Shown here: positions 25,450-38,111 of the stretch, one piece after another
Position numbering within the stretch: position 1 is the first letter of the stretch
Layout: every line of letters begins with the position of its first letter
DNA from: Bilabrum cf. latius
Lineage: Eukaryota
Reading direction: 5' to 3'
Length of the DNA stretch: 64,000 bases
NCBI GenBank assembly: GCA_965178125.1
Contig: OZ237761.1
Location: 682,001 to 746,000, forward strand
Program-made: the position numbers and the translations under genes
The notes under the pieces: generated by a model
Databases searched by the model: none
Told to the model about the DNA's origin: nothing
Seen by the model: the letters and a program-made list of their open reading frames with translations, nothing else

Positions 25450-27270
25450 TCACATGGCATGCTGTCTCGATTTCTCGACTCTGTATGCGCACGTATGCCA
25501 CACTAGCATCGCAGCAGGTCCTCCAAATGCATTGACGGCCCACACGGCGTCAGATAGGGGTCCCCGAGAGGGCAGCTCCCCCGTGCTTGCGTCCCACCCG
25601 CCAAACAAAGCCAGCGCGGCCGCAGCAGCCAGGCAGAACGCCAGAATCCCAGCGAACCATAGCTCCATGGCAAGCCAAAGCGTCCTTCGAACAGTCACGA
25701 TAGCCCGCAGAGCGCCATGCCAGCAACCGACTGCATCCACCCTCCCACGGGAACCGGAGCGTACCATGCTATCAGTCGCACCAGGCGAACCGAAAATTGT
25801 CCCTTGCGGCGCCACCAAGGCCAGCACGGCCCCAGGCAGCAGCACGCCAAGCACCGCCCCGCAGAGAGCCACCTGGCCATGCGCCTCTGCACCGGCGAGG
25901 AGAGCGTGCTGGTGCCTGGCGATGAGACCGCCGGGGGACCAGTCCCTCCCTACTGTGCTCCACAGCAGCACCGACCACGCCATCGCCCCGCATGCAGCCG
26001 CATAGACTTGCGCTGTCTAGTGCCCACTCCCACTCGGGGCGCACGGGCCACACGCGATTCCTATCCACTGGCAGCCTCGCTCCTCCCGCCCTGGTCCGGC
26101 GGCACCCAGCGGATGCTGCCGACCCAGTGCCCATGCCCCGGCCGGCAGCACATGCCCACTGGCGTGCCACAGCTCCCCCCTCGTCAGCCCAAACTTGTCC
26201 CGGAGGCGACGAGGGAGAGGAAGAGGGGCCGTGACGGTGACGGTGTGCGCGTCGGAGGCTCGGCTCGGCGTCCTGCCCCTACCAAGTGCGGTGGCATTGA
26301 ACGGTCTCATAACCAGGAAGAGTATAATTTCTTGAACTGCCAGCACAGCGACGGAAAAAACGAGCACGATGCCCATCCAATCGACCGGAGACTGCAGCAC
26401 GCCGTTGACACGCAGCCGCAGCCACTGGTACTCTGGGTCCCAATACGCACCCCATGTCAACTCCATCGGTGCACCCGGCAGTAACCAGTCCGGAGGGGGC
26501 ACTGGAAAGGTCCACCAGAGCCACGGCTTGCCCGCTAAATAGTGGCGCACCTCCTTTGTGCCAAGCCGCCAGTCTGGCATCGAGTCGCGGACGTCCAAAC
26601 GTCGCGGCTCCCAATTCTCGTGCTGAGCGAACAAATTGAGAAAGTCTTGGTCCACTGGAAACGTGTTGTCACCGAGAACTGGGACCAATTCGAGAGCTTT
26701 ACGAAATGTAGTCGCGGAGGGCTGCACGATCAAGATTCCAGAATTCAGGTATAGCCTCCCTTTCTTCATGAACTCCATGTATGGCTCGCTTTCTTCCAAA
26801 TCTGATGGATTCGCTGCGCCGCACCACACGGCTTGCGAACCGAGAGCGTCTGCTGGTTTACCAAAGCAGCGATCGAACACTGTGGAAGGCTCCGATATTA
26901 CCCTGGTGTCCCCATCCACAAACATAACCTATGTGTACTCTGTCAAATTTAGAATAGCAAGCTTGAGGTATTTGCCGTGCCATTCCGGGGGCAGAAACGA
27001 CTTCCGATCAACGGCTCGAACATCCAGCCCTTTGGAACGCAAGGAAGCCAGGGTGGCTTCTTCCAAATCGCCCTTGAAATGAAATACTACGAGTGGAGGA
27101 AAGTCTGGCTCGGTGTTCTGCCGCAAGCTTTCCGCTAGAACCTCTATCGCGGCGCGATACTCGCCGTCTTGAAACAGCACCGTTGCCACTGCTGGTCGCT
27201 CCTTGGATGGAAAGCCAGTGCATCCCAGAGCAAGAGCTAATGCCCAGAATAGCATGACAGGACGGTTCAT
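25450..27270 (-). CDS. Glycosyltransferase family 8 (glycogenin/PGSIP-like) with C-terminal TM segments, ~606 aa, 2 in-frame TAG
   Basis: Signal peptide, KLAILNLTEYT*VMFVDGD (DxD), LNSG, DQDFLN and HY..GKPW motifs. Three track ORFs in one frame joined by TAG at 26929 and 26017. Ends TGA. Confidence 0.85.
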
Positions 27271-27471
27271 GCAAGCTGAAGGGTCGTTAGCGATTCATCA
27301 TGATTGTCCGCGCGGGTGATGGAAATGTGGGCTGCAGGCTGCTAGGTACCTATCTGCTGCTGGCGTCGTCCGGAGCTCGGCAGCACTACGAGACCAAAGA
27401 GCGAATATGCACGCACCACGACAAGCAAAGCTGTACTTAATAATAACCCGAGAGGGTCTGGATCGACCCGC

Positions 27472-29064
27472 TCACTCCTCCTCCTCACCTGCCTCCTCTC
27501 CCTCGGCACCATCCCCAGCGGCATCCACAGCAGAGGGATCCGCAGCAGCCTCTGCTGCCGTCCCCTCCCCGCTGCCCCCCGCAGCCGCCCCACCCCCCGT
27601 GGCGCCGGCCATGGTCCCCGTGGCCTGGTGTTCCTTGGCGTCCTCCGCCTGGCGGAGCACGTCGTAGTGCCCGAACCTCCACGCCACACCGGCCTGGTGC
27701 GACCCGGAGTGCCGCGCCAGCCCCACAGACATGGACTCACTCGTCATCTTCTCCTCCAGCTCGGCCCTCCCGCTAGCCCTCACCACCAGGTGGGCGTCCC
27801 CGCAGTACTTCTCAACCGCCCCGCGAGCCTCCTGCGCAGCGAACCGGGCCTTGGTGGGGACCTCGCCGCCCACGTACTCGAGCAGAACCAGCCGCGTGCG
27901 GAGAGCCGCCCTGTCCCCGGACCGATCCACGGCGTTCACGCCGATGCATGCGTACTGCACGGCGCCGTCGTCCATCGCCGCGGCGGTTTCGTCCAGCTCG
28001 CCCGAGCCCTCCGCTGCCACGCTCACCCTCTTGGCCTTGCCGTCCACCCGGAGCACCAGCCAGGAGAGCTTCTCGTCCGGGTCGAGCAGGTGCTCGAGCT
28101 TCCCGGCCTTGCTCAGCTCTGAGAAATCGTAGCCTGACACCTCCGAGGGCCTGTCGAAGCGCTTGCTCTTGTGCTTGGTGCGCTTGATGGCCAGAGACCG
28201 GGCCTCGCGGCGCTTGCGGCGGGCTTCCTCTGCGGCTGCTGCTTCTGCCGCTGCCTCCGCTTCGGCTCGGGCTCTTTCTTCGTCTTCGATTCTCTTTCGC
28301 TCCGCCTCTGCCTCCAGCCTGACCTTTTCCTCCGCGACCTCCAGGTCGTCCGGGTTGCCAGTGCCGAACTCGTACCCAGCTGGCTTGTGACTGCCTGCAG
28401 TCGAGTCTAATCGGGAGCTCACATCGTCTTCTTTGAGCTGGTCTGCCGCGGTCAGCTCCAGCCCGATCGTGGCGACATCGAAAAAGGATCGCCAGGCGCC
28501 CTTATGGTTGCTAGCTTTGGTGCGCGTCATGACGCCGGCACTGGGGCCCTGCCACAAAAAATACACGAACTTGCTCCGCTTTGAGCCATCCGAATCCACA
28601 GCAAAGACGCGGAACGCTCCGAACTGTCTCCAAAATTCGTGGCAGGCCGCAACGCCCAGTGGCCTAAAGCGTCGCATTTTCTGGGTGCTTCTTCTTGAAG
28701 CTTCCAACTAGCCAGCTGCGAAATGAGGTAATATTCGCGCACCTTGAAAGCCGAACAATGCGACATCCGTTGAGTGCAAGGAAAGGCAACTCCAAGGATC
28801 CACCCAGTTTGGCGGTACAGGAAAGCTTCGCGAGAGCAAGAACAGTGCCATGCTATCTAAAAAAAATATAGGCTTGAAGAACCAGCTGGTCAACAATACA
28901 TCGCACTCGGCTAGATTCCTGCAGATCCGCGACCGTGCGACTGTGCACGCGTCAAGGGCCAATCACTCCCCGTCTCACCAGATCTCATCCTTGGGATCTT
29001 GGACCTGCTTCCAAGCACCATCAATGGCACTCATATTAGTTTTGGTTCCGCTGGCACCGGCCAT
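27472..29064 (-). CDS. Coactosin-like protein with two ADF-H domains joined by a charged coiled-coil linker; 5' exon structure unresolved
   Basis: FGAFRV..KRSKFVYFLWQG..TRTKAS and WLVLRV..GSGELDE..VQYA..LVLLEYVG ADF-H/coactosin patterns. Probable first exon MAGASG..AWKQVQDPKDEI with a GTGAGA donor near 28978. Ends TGA. Confidence 0.75.
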
Positions 29065-29264
29065 GGCGACTGTGTACGCGTACAAGAAGGGAAGTGAGAG
29101 TGTTGGGCGCTGCGTGGCACGGCAGCACCGACTCGGAGGCGATCGGATCTGCCAGTGGGGGATCGTGATGTGGTTCGTCGTGACGGTGGGAAGGTGTTGC
29201 CTGCGCCACGAATGCAAGAGCAAGCCAGCGCAATTCGGTTGAGAATAATCAAAACAAGAAGGCA

Positions 29265-32200
29265 TTACACCTGTGCTGCCGCCTGCGTGGCCGGTGTAAC
29301 GGCTGCTGCCTTGCCTGGCCCAGCAGCTGCGTTGCCGCTGGCGCCGGCACCGGCCGGGCCACGGCCACGGCCACACCCGCAGAAAGAGGCATACACGATG
29401 CCACCGAGGAGGAGCGCGCCACCAATGGCAATGGCAGCGATGATGCCGGGGCCAAGCCCGCCCTCGTCCTCGTCTTCATCGCCGGAACCCCCGTCGCCTG
29501 AGCTCCCGTACGGGTTTGGTACCACATATGCCGCCCCGTCCTGCTCGATATCAAAGGAAGCAGAGTCTCCCAGTACGTCGGCCAGCTCCTGGGACGTAAG
29601 CACTCCTGCGTACTCCTGCAGGACAGCAGCAGCCTGCTGTTCGGAGCTGACGGGGGTCTGGATCACAAGCGTGGTGGACGCACCATCAGCTGTGGCTTCG
29701 AGCCACACCACGATGGAGCCAGAGTCGCCTCCTGCTGCTGCTGCGAGAAGTACCACCAGCTCTAGACCTTGCTCGCAGCTGGAAGAGCTCAGATCTTGCC
29801 CGCGAATCAGCACCTGCACGTGCAAGATGAAAGGCCAACTGGCCGAACCTCCTGCCGAAGCGGACACCACCACGGATGGGGCCTGGCATGCGATGGCATC
29901 ATCACCAGAACCATCACCGTCCGCTGGAATGGTCCTTCCTTCGCCTTCGTCCCGTCTCGGTGCTGGAGACGGCGCGACAGCGGACGGACTGGCCGAAACG
30001 CTGGCTACAGCGCTGGGGCTCGAACTCGGTGATACCGAAGGAGACACCGACGCAGAGCTGGATGTGGAGGGAGTGGGGGATGCTGAGGGCGACGGGGAGG
30101 GGCTAGGGGATTGTAGAATGAACGAAATCCGGTGTGGCTCCTGCCCGAACTAGTCATTGTTGGCTGTCACCACCACGCTGTCAGAGTCCGTTGGCAGAGC
30201 CATGTACCACTTCTGCTTTGGGAAGGTGCTCCTCGCAGTGGTTGACAGTGCCGGCAAGTCAGACCCCACGATGAAGCGATCATGCCCTGGTAACAAGCAG
30301 GTCGGTTGCCCCCTGACTGTGCCGTCGTTCTGCGTGAGACCGCACACCCATCCGTTCTGCAGAGCTTCGAGGTTGTACGGCTCCACATCGTACTGAAGCC
30401 GCCTGACGATGGCCCCAGTACCCAAGTGCCACTCTGCCACGCACGTGGTGCGATAACTAGCATCTTGTGACAGGGCCATGAGTTTGTTGTCGTCTGGAGT
30501 GCCTGTGAATACACCCCAGGCAATGCGTTGGAATGGTATGCTCGCATTGCAAGGTTCTAGCTGAACCGATGCTTGCACCACAGACATGCTTGAGTCCGTC
30601 ACTGTTGCGTTGCTTGTGCCTGTGCTAGGGTTCCGCTCGACAAACTAGATCCCCTCTCCGTGCCTCCGGACGTGCCGATACATTGCATCAACGTCTCCAA
30701 ACCGAGGCCCCTCCGACATGGTCACAGATTGGTTCCCGGGATGCACTTGAAATTGCACCGACCAAAACTCTTCGTCCTGTCCCGACCGCAGCGGGACGAT
30801 ACCATGCCCAATGGGGAAGAATAGATTCTGCCCGGCAGTGACCATGCTGGCACCGCTCGCTGGCCCGCTTGCATAGTCTGCCACAAGGGCTGGTTCGGCA
30901 GAGTCGTTGGCAACATGCCACGAGTAGAACTCCACGCCGACATCCGGGCTGTCCTGATCCAGGTCTACATCGAAGACGCAGTGCTCTGAGCCAACAGCCA
31001 CGAAGCGTGTGGGGTTGGACGAACGCGTACCCGCAGTGTCCACGTTTGGTTGGTGCCAATTGCCCGTTTGAAGATCGTACGAGACGGGCTCGATCGCGAC
31101 GGACACCGTGAGGAAGGCGGCGAAACATAAGTGCCTGCCACCGCTGATGCTTGCCACTCCAGTCCTGGCTTCGAAGTGACCTGCAGAGCCACTGACCATG
31201 TCTGCCAGTAGAAAAGGACGGTGCTACCCGTCGAAGAAGTACAGCTCTTCCCCGTAAGTGGGCTCATTCAAAAACATCAAGAAGCCAGCCACGGTACCGT
31301 TTTCATCTACCACCACAGTTTGGTCAAATTGGCTAACCATGTCTGGGTGGTACGGAGCCGCGCCAAGGCTTAAGGTAGCTTCAAGCGGGTGCTGCGGCAG
31401 GTCTTCTGCTTGGATGAGGTCGCCCGTGTTGGCATCCAGGCAGGCGTAGCTGCGTTTGTCCCACGAGTGGCGGTGGTAAGCGCACTGCTGCCCTCCCGCC
31501 ATATGGTAAAACTCCGGAACAGACTCAACCGTGTTGTTGTTTGCGTACAACGGGACATACGGCCCGGTCTCGTTGCTGAATGGTGGGTATGCCAGTGCGA
31601 TCTGGTTGCTCGTCCCCTAGATCGCTGGCAATGGCCTGATATAGGCAAGCGCGATTGCTGGGAAGTCTCCTGATTGAGCCAGTGCCAACGATGCTGGTCT
31701 CCGCAGGGGCAGTGACATGAGACCACTGGGGTTGTTTGGCACCCCTTGCACCTCATCAATCCGGACTGGAGGCCTGGAAACGTCACCATTCCAGACTACA
31801 GCCGCTCTGAAGCCTCCATTCTGAATGATGCCAAAGAATCCGGCACCGGCTACTCCTTGACCTGTGTAGTTGAACGGCACCGCTACTCGAATGGGACCGA
31901 CATATGGACCAGCGGTCTGCTCAAGCTGCGAGAGCTGCGGCGCGGCAGTTCCCTGCGGTCCGCTGGTATCCACCAGAAACAGCACAGAAACCTGGTTGGA
32001 GTCCTCCGCGACCACAACGTCCCTGCCGGGCCCGATAGGTATACCGTCGACGTAAGTGTCAACGAATGCTGACGGAAAGGCAGTCCCTCCAGACGATACC
32101 CCATCCCACACCCCCATGACGGTGCTAGCTCCTGCACGGATCTTGTACAGCGCTAGCCCACTGGGCAGCACTTTGAGAATCACGACGTCCTCGTCATTCC

Positions 32201-33314
32201 CGGTGCTCGTTGACGTCAGAGCCACGCTGGGGATGGTGGTGGTCCCTAGCAGCACATCAAAGCTGGCTAGCCTCTTGTGACTATCTGCAGCATCGCCTGC
32301 TTCAAAGAAAACCCGACCACTCGTTGTGACGATGAAGTCGTTCAGGTTGAAGCTGTGCTTGAGCTGCGATACCACCGTGGAGTTGCTGCCGTACTGGTGG
32401 CACAGGATGCTGACCTCTTGCACTTGATCCGACGGAGACACACGCGCACCGGCGCACACGACGCTCTCGGTAGCCCTGAAGACAGCCTGGTGATCGCTCC
32501 CAGACACGCCGTCCCCAGCACCCGGCAAAGCATCGAGCACGAGTCGTAGTTCGATGTCTTGGTCGGGCAAGGGGGCACTCGTATTAAAACAGTGGAGCTC
32601 CTCGCCGCTTTCAGCGGATGACATGGCGAGGCACGCAAATCCCTTTGCTGCCACGATCGACCGTTCGTTCACGTCGCCGCCCTGAACAAGCTGGATCAGC
32701 TGGTTGCCCGCTGCGCGCCTGCGATCGTAGCACACAACCCTGCCAGAACCAGAAGACATGCACGCCGCCTCGTCATTGAGCCATGCGACACGATCCCCCG
32801 ATCGAGGAGCTCCCCCCGCGGGCATATCGCCTTCTCCCAGCCCGCCCTCACCCAGCCTGTAGAGCCTGCCTGGGCTGGTAGCGTCGAACAGGCACCAGCC
32901 GTCCTCGCTGGATACCGACGTCGGCTAGCACCGGAGGATTGCCCTTGTCTTGTCTGGACTTGGATAGAACTTGTCCGAACTCGATAAGCTGCTGCTTGGA
33001 CCGGGTCTGTAGTCCTGTACGAGAGCCACCGACGAGTTGGCGAATTCACCAAGAGGGTCAGCGAGCCAGTGAAGCTCTGCCCCGGTGCCTGGACCGTTTG
33101 TGGAGAACAACCAGCCGTTGTTCAATCGAATAGACTGGCTTATGGATGATTGCTGGGCCTAAGCACTGAGATCTTGTAGTACGAGATCTGAGTCATATCC
33201 ATATCGACCGGGCGAGACAGCTACCTGGTGCGTTGGAACGAAACCGGCTACTTCCGAGCCCTAGATCGCAACAACGCACATGCCTAAGGCATAATACGCT
33301 GAAGCAAAAGTCAT
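29265..33314 (-). CDS. Type I membrane protein (~1350 aa): signal peptide, ELWxxDGT-like beta-propeller repeats, Ser/Pro stalk, single TM; 7 in-frame TAG
   Basis: Track ORFs in one frame joined by TAGs at 33261, 33159, 32925, 31617, 31224, 30645 and 30150. Repeats GAELHWL, GEELHCF, GEELYFFDG, GVEFYSW, DEEFWSV. TM GIIAAIAIGGALLLGGIVYA. Ends TAA. Confidence 0.75.
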
Positions 33315-34265
33315 GTGAACAGCACTGCTCTTTGTATTCTGCGGTATGATGCAGGAGAGGCGACGGTCTGCCAAGTGTGACCGTTTGCGTTTGATTGCAG
33401 GTGAAACACGCAACTGTGAGACAGGAGCCACCTTATCTCTCAGACTAGAATTTACAACGATGTAAGGACAATACAAGATCACTGACACCCATCGTTTCGA
33501 ATCTCACACAGCTGAGATGCACAGACAATGCTGCGGTGCGTTGGGTGTGTCAACGATCGATCAGCTGACCCATCCGAAAACAAAGGGGGACTGGGGTTTC
33601 AACTAGAATGCACTTGCACTCACAATTTGGTTTGATTAGGATGGTGCCTGGTGGCAGCCACGCTTCTTTTGGAACAAAAATTTCGCGCTAGGATAGGCAC
33701 GATCTAGCACAGACCTGCCTCCGGTCGCAAGCTCATCACATTTGCGCGTGATGTGACGAGCGAACTGTTGATCGGACGATTCATACCACGGAACGACCTT
33801 TATGCACTCAGGAGAGGTGGTCAAGACATCAGAAGTTGGTGTATGCACTTGAGCGTCATAATTGGGACGTACATGCAGGCGTCGAAGGAGGTGAAGAAGA
33901 ACAAGAGGGGGGGGCACTGGCACAGGCGACGGTAGTGCGGTAACAATGAGATGACGCAACGGGAGGGAGGGGGGCTCCAGGTGCCAGGCACAAGGGAGAC
34001 GCGAGTGGCAGTGGGTTGACGCGAGTGGCAGTGGGGTGCATGGGCAGCAGCGCGCAGAAAAGGCCAACGCAGCAGCGCGCAGAAAAGGCCAACAGGTGGG
34101 TGGATGGTTGGGACGCATGGCAGCTCAGCCAGGACATGTACACACAAGCTGAGTGGATGGAAACAAGGTGGCGATGAGCGAACAGGCCACAAGGATTTCA
34201 GGGCAGAGAACGGGGACGGAAGGCCGTGCATAGACGAGTCCAGTCGAAGTGCACGAGGTGAATGC

Positions 34266-35950
34266 TGTCCTGTCCTGTCCTGTCCTGTCCTGTCCTGTCC
34301 TGTCCTGTCCTGTCCTGTCCTGTCCTGTCCTGTCCTGTCCTGTCCTGTCCTGTCCTGTCCTGTCCTGTCCTGTCCTGTCCTGTCCTGTCCTGTCCTGTCC
34401 TGTCCTGTCCTGTCCTGTCCTGTCCTGTCCTGTCCTGTCCTGTCCTGTCCTGTCCTGTCCTGTCCTGTCCTGTCCTGTCCTGTCCTGTCCTGTCCTGTCC
34501 TGTCCTGTCCTGTCCTGTCCTGTCCTGTCCTGTCCTGTCCTGTCCTGTCCTGTCCTGTCCTGTCCTGTCCTGTCCTGTCCTGTCCTGTCCTGTCCTGTCC
34601 TGTCCTGTCCTGTCCTGTCCTGTCCTGTCCTGTCCTGTCCTGTCCTGTCCTGTCCTGTCCTGTCCTGTCCTGTCCTGTCCTGTCCTGTCCTGTCCTGTCC
34701 TGTCCTGTCCTGTCCTGTCCTGTCCTGTCCTGTCCTGTCCTGTCCTGTCCTGTCCTGTCCTGTCCTGTCCTGTCCTGTCCTGTCCTGTCCTGTCCTGTCC
34801 TGTCCTGTCCTGTCCTGTCCTGTCCTGTCCTGTCCTGTCCTGTCCTGTCCTGTCCTGTCCTGTCCTGTCCTGTCCTGTCCTGTCCTGTCCTGTCCTGTCC
34901 TGTCCTGTCCTGTCCTGTCCTGTCCTGTCCTGTCCTGTCCTGTCCTGTCCTGTCCTGTCCTGTCCTGTCCTGTCCTGTCCTGTCCTGTCCTGTCCTGTCC
35001 TGTCCTGTCCTGTCCTGTCCTGTCCTGTCCTGTCCTGTCCTGTCCTGTCCTGTCCTGTCCTGTCCTGTCCTGTCCTGTCCTGTCCTGTCCTGTCCTGTCC
35101 TGTCCTGTCCTGTCCTGTCCTGTCCTGTCCTGTCCTGTCCTGTCCTGTCCTGTCCTGTCCTGTCCTGTCCTGTCCTGTCCTGTCCTGTCCTGTCCTGTCC
35201 TGTCCTGTCCTGTCCTGTCCTGTCCTGTCCTGTCCTGTCCTGTCCTGTCCTGTCCTGTCCTGTCCTGTCCTGTCCTGTCCTGTCCTGTCCTGTCCTGTCC
35301 TGTCCTGTCCTGTCCTGTCCTGTCCTGTCCTGTCCTGTCCTGTCCTGTCCTGTCCTGTCCTGTCCTGTCCTGTCCTGTCCTGTCCTGTCCTGTCCTGTCC
35401 TGTCCTGTCCTGTCCTGTCCTGTCCTGTCCTGTCCTGTCCTGTCCTGTCCTGTCCTGTCCTGTCCTGTCCTGTCCTGTCCTGTCCTGTCCTGTCCTGTCC
35501 TGTCCTGTCCTGTCCTGTCCTGTCCTGTCCTGTCCTGTCCTGTCCTGTCCTGTCCTGTCCTGTCCTGTCCTGTCCTGTCCTGTCCTGTCCTGTCCTGTCC
35601 TGTCCTGTCCTGTCCTGTCCTGTCCTGTCCTGTCCTGTCCTGTCCTGTCCTGTCCTGTCCTGTCCTGTCCTGTCCTGTCCTGTCCTGTCCTGTCCTGTCC
35701 TGTCCTGTCCTGTCCTGTCCTGTCCTGTCCTGTCCTGTCCTGTCCTGTCCTGTCCTGTCCTGTCCTGTCCTGTCCTGTCCTGTCCTGTCCTGTCCTGTCC
35801 TGTCCTGTCCTGTCCTGTCCTGTCCTGTCCTGTCCTGTCCTGTCCTGTCCTGTCCTGTCCTGTCCTGTCCTGTCCTGTCCTGTCCTGTCCTGTCCTGTCC
35901 TGTCCTGTCCTGTCCTGTCCTGTCCTGTCCTGTCCTGTCCTGTCCTGTCC
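34266..35950. repeat. Perfect pentanucleotide tandem array (TGTCC)n, ~337 units, 1685 bp
   Basis: Uninterrupted tgtcc units from 34266 to 35950, with no variant unit seen. Confidence 0.99.
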
Positions 35951-35992
35951 TGAATCAAGCATCCACGCATGGATGAACCAAATTCCGGATCC

Positions 35993-36059
35993 TAGTCAAG
36001 CTTGTTGCGAATGGATCCTTCAGGAAATGCAATTCATAGTCAAGCTTGTTGCGAATGGA
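35993..36059 (+). repeat. 23-bp direct repeat TAGTCAAGCTTGTTGCGAATGGA x2; the second copy contains the DPAGT1 start codon
   Basis: Copies at 35993-36015 and 36037-36059. Confidence 0.85.
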
Positions 36060-37880
36060 ATCTCTGCACGCTTTGCCATTGGCATACATTGATTATGGCC
36101 TTGTATTTGCAGGACTAGCATGCTGTGCATGGCTAGGTATTTAGGTTGACGCAGATGCCGTTCGGTCGCAGCTGCTTGTTGCGCTTGTGTGCGGCCTAGT
36201 CGCCGGGGCTTTGACGTATACACTGATCCCTGTAGTAGCTGAATGGACTGAAAAGAAGGGTTTGTTTGGACGAGACCTAGGAAAGAAGTTCGCGCCAAAG
36301 CACTACGCTGAGCGGAAGGTGTGAGATCTTCCAAACAGCTCCACGTGTCTAGATTTTCTTCCTTCAATTCCCCTTTGAACGTATGCACCTTTGAATAGAC
36401 TTAAACCTTAGCTATATTGCCAATCTTGGAAACTAGCGGTAATCGGCGGCATGTCGCCCCATTTGCTTCCTATCGCAGCCCAGAGTCGTTGGGACTTGTG
36501 TGCGGCATTTCGTTTCTGGTCGTCTTGATTCTTGGAAGGCTGCCAGTGGCTGCCTCTCAGAACGAGTCGGTTCACGCGACCTGGGAGGCCGCGCTCCTGA
36601 GCAGCTGCTTCATGATCTTGCTCGGTTTCATGGATGACGTGCTCGATCTCAAGTGGCGGTACAAGTTCATCCTGCCTACCGTGGCCTCCCTGCCCCTCCT
36701 ATGCGCATACGATGGGGCCACAACGGTGCTCATCCCGCCGATTTTGCGGCCATTGCTGTGGGCGGTATCCCCCGCCGGGTCCGCCAGCCCAAGCGCCTTC
36801 GGCGGCGACCTTACTGCTCTGGGCCTGCTCGCCAATGCAGTCCCAGGGGTGATCGTGGACGAAGCGGCGCATGGTGCAATTGTAGACATTGGCCCCTGGT
36901 ACCTGGTGTTCATCGGACTGCTCGCGGTGTTCTGCACCAACGCCATCAACATATACGCCGGGGTGAACGGCCTGGAGGTGGGCCAGGCACTCGTCATCGC
37001 GCTCGCCATGCTGGTGACCAACCTGATGGAGCTGGGGGGCGGCGCGGGGGGGCCCTCTGGGGATAGCCCCCACGTGTTCTCCGCGATCCTGACAGCGACC
37101 TTCTTCGGGACGGCCCTGGCCCTGTTCGCTTGGAACAGGTTTCCGGCGACGGTCTTTGTCGGGGACACGTTCTGCTACTACGCGGGCATGTCTTTCGCTG
37201 TGGCTGGGATCCTGGGGCACTTCAGCAAGACCCTGCTGCTGTTCTTCCTGCCACAGGTACTCAACTTTCTCTACTCGATCCCGCAGCTGCTCCGCATCGT
37301 GGAGTGCCCGAGACACAGGCTGCCCACGCCGCGCCCCGACGGGTTGCTCGAGCCGTCCACGTTCGTGCTTAAGGTCAGGAGGGTAAGGAAGGTGGTCAAA
37401 TTGGAAGGTGCGGAAGCAGTATCTGATACAGAAAGCAACAACGAAGTGGAAGGACAGGGGCAGGATCAGCAAAAGGGTGAAGACGAGGTCAGCGGGCGGG
37501 GCAGCAGGGGCCGGGCAGGATCGCGCAGCGGCAGCAAGAGCAGGGGCAAGGGCAGGTCCGTCGATAGTAAAGAGGGCCCCAGAGCCGTGCAGGACGTGGA
37601 GGTGGAGGAGGAGGAGAGGAGGGACAACCTGACGCTCATCTGCCTCGTGCTGCGGCTCTTCGGGCCCATGCACGAAAGCACGCTGACTGCGGTGCTCATG
37701 CTGCTGCAGGCAGCGTGCTGTGGGCTGGCGCTATGGTTGAGAGTGCTGCTCACAGACCCAGCCGTGATGTATGGCTCGGCCGAGCGGGCAGCAGCCGTGC
37801 TTGCCAGTGGCAGTGGTGGTGGCAGTGGTGGTCTCGGGCCCGCCGCAAGCACTGGCGCTGTGGGAGGTGAGGAGCTGTGA
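36055..37880 (+). CDS. DPAGT1: UDP-GlcNAc:dolichyl-phosphate GlcNAc-1-phosphotransferase (ALG7/DPAGT1), 2 exons, 1 in-frame TAG
   Basis: Exon 1 (36055-36320) reads MESLH...WLGI*VDAD...GLFGRDLGK with TAG at 36142. Intron 36321-36478. Motifs VPESLG, GFMDDVLDLKWR, FCTNAINIYAGVNGLE, FVGDTFCY, GHFSKTLLLFF, CPRHRLP. Ends TGA. Confidence 0.95.
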
Positions 37881-38111
37881 GGGCGGCGAGCATGACGGCA
37901 ATTCTAGCAGTTTTTGCACTGGTTGTTTGCATCGTAGGTTCTTATGGTCCATTTAGACCCAAAGCAGCGTCGTAGCGGCAGCCCCGGTGGGCCAGCGGGT
38001 TCCATTTGGGTCGGTTCCGGTTCACAGCCCATCGCTTCGGGGCTCTGGGAGGTCAGAAGTTATTTTCGAAATGACGTCCTGACCCGATAAGCCGTCACAA
38101 CACATATTAAA

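Noticed and set aside
33636-34118. 160-aa minus-strand ORF beside the microsatellite
   Set aside because: It has no recognisable domain and its N-terminal part derives from locally duplicated low-complexity sequence, so I cannot support it as a CDS.
34266-35950. CRISPR array or canonical telomere
   Set aside because: There are no spacers, the unit is not TTAGGG-like, and the array is internal, flanked by genes.
33821-36092. Long ORFs encoding (QDRTG)n or (CPVLS)n
   Set aside because: These are artefacts of the stop-free pentanucleotide array, which is open in all six frames.
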